This document shows positions 57,603 through 62,153 of a stretch of DNA of 62,153 nt, in pieces. Numbering within the stretch: the first letter of the stretch is position 1; the number at the start of each line of letters is the position of its first letter. Source of the stretch: an uncultured Bacillota bacterium (GTDB taxonomy: Bacteria > Bacillota > Clostridia > Christensenellales > UBA1242); the NCBI GenBank assembly GCA_949289785.1, contig CASEOW010000022.1, forward strand, positions 1 through 62,153, read 5' to 3'. The notes beneath the pieces were generated by a model. It was not told the DNA's origin and ran no database searches. It saw only the letters and a list, made by a program, of their open reading frames with translations. The position numbers and the translations under genes are program-made.

Positions 57603-58775
57603 ATGATAAAAGAAGTTTATAATGAAGAAGATAAGGACCTTATAGTTCAGCACCTAGGTATATTTGAATTAAGAGGTTTAGCTCGAAAACTAGGTGTTCC
57701 TAGTCCAACAACTAAAAAAAGAGATGAACTTGTTTCTTTAATTTTAGAAAAAATCAAAAGTGGACAAATTTCATGTCAATCAGGCAAGAAAAAGGGTAGA
57801 CCTTTTAAAAGCCTTTCTGCTATAGATGATATTTATACAACAATAACTAATCCTCAAAATAATAATGAATATATTAATAAAAATCAAAATTATCAAGCTA
57901 TTCAAACAAACTTTGATAGTTCTGTTGTTTTTAATCAAGAAATTTCTAATTATTCATATAACGATACTGTTGAATTAAAAATATTTGAAGGAATAATAAG
58001 AGAAAATCAATCTGGCTTCTTCTTTTATGATATTAATACTTTTAAATGCATTTTTATTAATAAAGATATTGATTATAGTATAAACATTGAAACCGGTGAT
58101 AAGGTAGTTGTAAAGGCATATGAAGTATTTGGTAAAAATCAATTTAATGCTGTAGAAATAATTTCAATTAATAATATTTCAGTTTTAGATTATTGTCCTC
58201 AAATACAAGAAAAAGGTGATGTTATTATTTCAGATAAAACTTTACCTTTTGGAAATAAAAAAATATATATTGGTAGAAGAAATATTACTCATGGTGATAA
58301 AGATTTGTATGAAAGCGAAAGTGAATTAAAAAATTTTATTAACATTTGTAAAGAAAATAATCAAAAATTAATTTTAATTGGTTTAAATACCTCTTTTGAA
58401 AATATTATAATGCTCAATAATTATAAAAACATAGACAAATTTATTTCAGAATATGGACAAAATGATAAAAGAAATTTTACTTTAATTTTTGATGCTATAA
58501 ATTATTGTGAAAGACTTAGCCAAATAGGTGAAAATGTCGTAGTTGGAATAATAGATATTATAGAAATTTTAAATTGTTTAGATAGGTATTTTACAGGAGA
58601 AAAATCAGAAAATTTTTATGATAGACAAACTTTTGTGGTTTTAGAAAAAATTTTATCTCTTGGAAAAGCATATCAAAATGGTAATTCTACTACATTACTA
58701 TTAAATTATAATGACATAGATAAAGACGAAAGAGTGCTAAAAACAGATATTATAAAGGTATGTAAAGTTATCTAG
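57603..58775 (+). CDS. Rho-like protein: Rho_N/SAP-like domain plus an OB-like segment plus a RecA-like region lacking Walker A/B
   Basis: FELRGLARKLGVPSPTTKKRDELVSLILEK matches the Rho N-terminal domain. IFEGIIRENQSGFFFYD...GDKVVVKA resembles the Rho CSD/OB fold. The C-terminal half is colinear with the Rho ATPase, but GRRNITHGDKD sits where the P-loop should be. Confidence 0.5.
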   Translation: MIKEVYNEEDKDLIVQHLGIFELRGLARKLGVPSPTTKKRDELVSLILEKIKSGQISCQSGKKKGRPFKSLSAIDDIYTTITNPQNNNEYINKNQNYQAIQTNFDSSVVFNQEISNYSYNDTVELKIFEGIIRENQSGFFFYDINTFKCIFINKDIDYSINIETGDKVVVKAYEVFGKNQFNAVEIISINNISVLDYCPQIQEKGDVIISDKTLPFGNKKIYIGRRNITHGDKDLYESESELKNFINICKENNQKLILIGLNTSFENIIMLNNYKNIDKFISEYGQNDKRNFTLIFDAINYCERLSQIGENVVVGIIDIIEILNCLDRYFTGEKSENFYDRQTFVVLEKILSLGKAYQNGNSTTLLLNYNDIDKDERVLKTDIIKVCKVI

Positions 58776-58800
58776 ATTTAAATGTATTGATATAAAAATA

Positions 58801-58830
58801 AAAAAAAGGACATCAGTCCTTTTTTTTTAT
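58801..58830 (+). terminator. Intrinsic terminator
   Basis: AAAAAAAGGAC-atca-GTCCTTTTTTTTT. Confidence 0.75.
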
Positions 58831-58911
58831 TTGTTCCAATAATTTAGAGTTTTTATATTTTAAATTTTAATGAATAAACATAAATAAGATATTATTAGTA
58901 AATTAATTTAA

Positions 58912-58941
58912 TTGACAATTTTATAAGAATAAGATTATAAT
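58912..58941 (+). promoter_or_regulatory. lgt promoter TTGACA-18-TATAAT, with the ATG 6 nt downstream (leaderless candidate)
   Basis: -35 at 58912-58917 and -10 at 58936-58941. The ATG is at 58948 and there is no SD. Confidence 0.6.
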
Positions 58942-58947
58942 AAAAGT

Positions 58948-59877
58948 ATGTTTGGATTTTATGAAAGTTATTTTAAATTTTTCGGTCTTTCTATAACTTA
59001 TTATGGCTTTATTATAGCACTAGCTATGGGGTTTGGAGTTTATGTTGCATGTAAAAATGCTAAATTTCGAGATTTAAAGAGTGATGATATTTTAGTTTTA
59101 GCTTGTTATGTATTGCCTTTATCTATAATAGGAGCAAGACTTTACTTTGTTATTTTTAGTGGAGAACCATATTCTTTTGTTCAAATTTTGAGAATTTGGG
59201 ACGGAGGAATGGCTATTCTTGGTGGAGTAATAGGTGGTGCATTAGGTGCTATTATATATTGTTTAATTCATAAAAAAAATCTTCTAGATGTTGGGGATAT
59301 TGCAGCTCCAAGTTTAATTTTAGGGCAGGCAATAGGTAGAATAGGTTGTTATTTTGCAGGGTGTTGTTATGGTATGGAAGTAACAGATACTTCTTTGCAA
59401 TGGTTTCCACTTTCAACTTATGTTCATGGTGCATGGCACTTGTCGACTTTTTTTTATGAAAGTTTATGGAATTTAATAGGATTTATAATTCTATTAATAC
59501 TTTTGCGTAAAAATCGTGTAAAAAATAGAGGGGAAATCCTTGCTTTATATTTTTTAATATATGGTTGTGGCAGAGCTTGGATAGAAGGTATTAGGGGAGA
59601 TAGTTTATATATTGGAAGTATTCGTGTTTCTCAATTGTTATCAATATTGCTTGCAATTGGGGCTATTATAATGATAGTTACATTAAAAATACTTGAAAGA
59701 AAAGGAAAAATAAAAGGTCTTTATATTCTTCAAACAAATTATAAAAATAACCTCTTAAACGAAATCAAAAATGATAAAGAAAAAAGAGCTATAAGAAAAG
59801 AAAATAAAAAATCTAAAAAGAATAATAATGAAATTAAGTCAAAAATAGACAAACATAATAATAAAAATTCAGAATAA
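58948..59877 (+). CDS. lgt: Prolipoprotein diacylglyceryl transferase with a Lys-rich C-terminal tail
   Basis: IWDGGMAILGG and GQAIGRIGCYFAGCCYG are Lgt signatures, on a multi-TM protein. Confidence 0.9.
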   Translation: MFGFYESYFKFFGLSITYYGFIIALAMGFGVYVACKNAKFRDLKSDDILVLACYVLPLSIIGARLYFVIFSGEPYSFVQILRIWDGGMAILGGVIGGALGAIIYCLIHKKNLLDVGDIAAPSLILGQAIGRIGCYFAGCCYGMEVTDTSLQWFPLSTYVHGAWHLSTFFYESLWNLIGFIILLILLRKNRVKNRGEILALYFLIYGCGRAWIEGIRGDSLYIGSIRVSQLLSILLAIGAIIMIVTLKILERKGKIKGLYILQTNYKNNLLNEIKNDKEKRAIRKENKKSKKNNNEIKSKIDKHNNKNSE

Positions 59878-59907
59878 CAAAATGTAATATAGAGAATAAT
59901 TATTATT

Positions 59908-60399
59908 ATGAGAGGAAAGTTACTAGGTATAAAAAAATCAACTATATTAAAATTTAGCTGGATTCTAAATATAATATTATATTTTATTATTTTTACTTTG
60001 TCTTTAACAATTATAGATTATCCTAATTTGTGGTTTTATGCTTTTATAGGATTGTTAGGATTACAATTAATCATAAAAAGCCTTTTGTTAAAATTGGATA
60101 GTAGCTGTTATTTTGGTGTTATATTACTTACTCTTTCAATATTCCATGTATATTGTTTTTACTTAAATTTAACTTATTTATATCCAGTTTTTATAATTTT
60201 ATCCTTTTGTTTTGGTTCTTTTTTTACCGCATATTTTTACAAACAAAATTTTCAATATTTTCTTGCTTTTTCGCTATTTGTCATATCTATTGCGACATTT
60301 CTTTTTATTGAAAAATTTGTTTCAATTATAATTTTTCTTGCAATTATTTGTATAATTGTGCTATCATTAATATTAGGTTTAATCTTTATAAAAGTATAA
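59908..60399 (+). CDS. Hypothetical polytopic membrane protein
   Basis: 163 aa with about 5 hydrophobic helices. No recognisable family. Confidence 0.5.
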   Translation: MRGKLLGIKKSTILKFSWILNIILYFIIFTLSLTIIDYPNLWFYAFIGLLGLQLIIKSLLLKLDSSCYFGVILLTLSIFHVYCFYLNLTYLYPVFIILSFCFGSFFTAYFYKQNFQYFLAFSLFVISIATFLFIEKFVSIIIFLAIICIIVLSLILGLIFIKV

Positions 60400-60411
60400 T
60401 AAGGAGCAATT

Positions 60412-61167
60412 ATGTTTTCTAACGAATTTAACGGTTATAACAAAAAAGAGGTTGAAAATTTTATTTCTTCATTTAAAGCTGAATATGAAAAAAAATTAAT
60501 GGAAGAAAGATTAAAAGTCCTTGAAGCTGAAAGAAAAATGCTTGAAATGAAAAATAAATCGATAGACATTGATAGAAAACAAAATAAAATCATGGATGCA
60601 CTTGCTTCATATAAAAAAATGCAGGCAGAGGGAAGTAGAAATATAGAGGTTTTGTTAGGACAACAATTAAAAGTGATTTATGTTCATCTCCAAAATTTGC
60701 TTGATAGTTTGGAAGATAAATATCCGGAAATTATTTATGACAAAAATTTTAAAACAATTACAAAGGATATGGAATCAATATTAGAAAAAACTCAATCAAG
60801 AAAAAATAATGAATTAATCGGTGCGGGAACAGAAAACGATTCTATGAGAATTCTTTTAAGTAAGATGCAAGAAAAGAAAGTTGATAAACCTAAAGAAGTA
60901 CAAATAGAGAGAGTAAGTTTTGATAAAACTGAAAGAGGACCAAGTCAAATCAGACCTGTTTGTGATATGCAGCTAGATGAAGATGATGATTATACTAATT
61001 TAGTAGATAAGTTTTTAAATACTGCTCCTGAAGAAGAAATTAAAGAACATATACAAATACAATCTAGTGGATTTGATTTAAAAGAAGCAATTAATCCTAA
61101 GCAGGATTTAAGTGAAATTATGAAAGCTTTTGATTTTTATTCAGATAGTCAATCTGACGAAAACTAA
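60412..61167 (+). CDS. DivIVA-domain protein
   Basis: The N-terminal F..FNGYNKKEVENFISSF matches the DivIVA N-terminal motif. A coiled coil follows. AAGGAG RBS upstream. Confidence 0.7.
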   Translation: MFSNEFNGYNKKEVENFISSFKAEYEKKLMEERLKVLEAERKMLEMKNKSIDIDRKQNKIMDALASYKKMQAEGSRNIEVLLGQQLKVIYVHLQNLLDSLEDKYPEIIYDKNFKTITKDMESILEKTQSRKNNELIGAGTENDSMRILLSKMQEKKVDKPKEVQIERVSFDKTERGPSQIRPVCDMQLDEDDDYTNLVDKFLNTAPEEEIKEHIQIQSSGFDLKEAINPKQDLSEIMKAFDFYSDSQSDEN

Positions 61168-61199
61168 AAAGGAGACTTAAATACTAGTCTCCTTTTTTT
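61166..61199. terminator. Bidirectional terminator between the convergent genes
   Basis: GGAGACT pairs with AGTCTCC. A- and T-runs flank it. Confidence 0.75.
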
Positions 61200-61222
61200 A
61201 TTAAATTAAAAATTAAATAAGA

Positions 61223-61957
61223 TTAAAATGTTGTAGCTCCGCCATCAACTTGTATAATTTGTCCTGTTATAAAAGATGAATCATTTGAAGATAGAAAAAA
61301 TACTGCATTTGCTATATCATCAACGTTTCCAAGTCTTTTAAGGGGAGTGTTATTTTTAATATTTTCTTTTTCTTCATTTGTAAAATGATCAGTCATTTTT
61401 GTTTCAATAAAACCTGGAGCTATAGCATTAACTCTTATATTGAAAGGGGCACATTCTTGACTTAAAGCTTTTGTAAGACCATTTATCCCTGCTTTTGTTG
61501 CAGAATATGCACTTTCACAAGCACCTCCAAAAATACCATATATAGAAGAAATATTAATTATACTTCCATATTTTTTGTTTAAATAAAAACTAAAAGCTAA
61601 TTTATTTGAATATATAGCTCCTTTTAAATTTACATCTACTATATTATTAATGTCATCTATGTTATAATCACAAAGAAGACTTTCTTTAATACTAATACCA
61701 GAAACAAAAACTACGCTTTCAATATAGTCGGAGCTACTAAAAGATTTTTCAAAAGCATTTTTCAATTCTTCATAATTTCTAACATCTGCTTTGTATAATT
61801 TCAAATCTATTTTTAAATTTTCGCATTGAATTATCAAATCTTCAACTTTATTGTTGTGATAAGTTCCTATAATATTATAACCATTTTTAGCAAATTTTAA
61901 CGCAATTGCTTTACCAATATCACTAGATATACCAATTATAAATATAGATTTTTTCAA
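61223..61957 (-). CDS. Classical SDR oxidoreductase, FabG-like (3-oxoacyl-ACP reductase-like)
   Basis: GISSDIGKAIA (cofactor loop), NISS, and the YSATKAGINGLTK catalytic YxxxK. Confidence 0.8.
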   Translation of the reverse strand: MKKSIFIIGISSDIGKAIALKFAKNGYNIIGTYHNNKVEDLIIQCENLKIDLKLYKADVRNYEELKNAFEKSFSSSDYIESVVFVSGISIKESLLCDYNIDDINNIVDVNLKGAIYSNKLAFSFYLNKKYGSIINISSIYGIFGGACESAYSATKAGINGLTKALSQECAPFNIRVNAIAPGFIETKMTDHFTNEEKENIKNNTPLKRLGNVDDIANAVFFLSSNDSSFITGQIIQVDGGATTF

Positions 61958-62032
61958 AACTTTCTCCTTTTTATTGTTAACTTATAATACAAAAAAAATA
62001 CTTTTATGTCAAGAAATAAATTGATTAAGAAA

Positions 62033-62066
62033 TTAAAAAAAAGATAGTTTAAAAACTATCTTTTTT
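62033..62066. terminator. Hairpin terminator downstream of tRNA-Tyr (minus strand)
   Basis: AGATAGTT pairs with AACTATCT. An A-run and a T-run lie on either side. Confidence 0.6.
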
Positions 62067-62069
62067 CAT

Positions 62070-62153
62070 TGGTGGGCAGGGATGGATTCGAACCATCGAA
62101 GACGAAGTCGACGGATTTACAGTCCGTTGCATTTGGCCGCTCTGCAACCTACC
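62070..62153 (-). tRNA. tRNA-Tyr (anticodon GTA), with the 5' first nucleotide beyond the window edge
   Basis: The reverse complement reads GGTAGGTTGCAGAGCGGCCAAATGCAACGGACTGTAAATCCGTCGACTTCGTCTTCGATGGTTCGAATCCATCCCTGCCCACCA. It has a long variable arm, anticodon loop CTGTAAA and an encoded CCA. Confidence 0.88.

Noticed and set aside
1-62153. Mollicutes genetic code 4 (TGA = Trp)
   Set aside because: Conserved Trp positions use TGG. The 3810-codon, 1237-codon and 1187-codon genes contain no in-frame TGA. TGA ends at least the sbcD-like and permease genes. The standard code 11 fits.

Overview
This 62-kb window is chromosomal DNA from a very AT-rich bacterium (by eye well under 30% GC). It uses the standard genetic code: Trp is TGG and an 11.4-kb ORF has no in-frame TGA. 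Gene content suggests a streamlined, probably wall-less Bacillota/Mycoplasmatota-like lineage (Acholeplasma/RF39-like is a guess): lgt plus many lipoproteins, PFOR, compact housekeeping enzymes and many apparently leaderless mRNAs. Confident housekeeping calls are rpoB-rpoC, tkt, nifJ-type PFOR, truA, a short alaS, hflX, lgt, a frameshifted class II fba, and five tRNAs: Glu-CTC, the Gly-GCC/Cys-GCA/Leu-TAA cluster, and a partial Tyr-GTA. The accessory genes are:
- a partial BspA-type LRR protein;
- a divergent XRE/TM2 regulatory cassette;
- SGNH, patatin, MBL and alpha/beta hydrolases;
- a YhaO/YhaN (SbcD/SbcC-like) pair;
- an NfeD-SPFH operon;
- three ABC exporters with a MarR regulator;
- a 17-residue-repeat beta-helix protein;
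- a His-rich permease;
- a Rho-like protein with degenerate ATPase motifs.
The standout is a self-contained two-gene unit at 5112-19369. A VirB3/PrgI-VirB4 fusion ATPase is co-transcribed with a 3810-aa giant lipoprotein carrying Big_2-like domains and three GLUG-type beta-helix modules. No other T4SS or ICE component is visible, and the unit sits directly upstream of rpoBC. I see no CRISPR array, rRNA, transposase or integrase. All homology calls rest on motif recognition by eye, not on searches.
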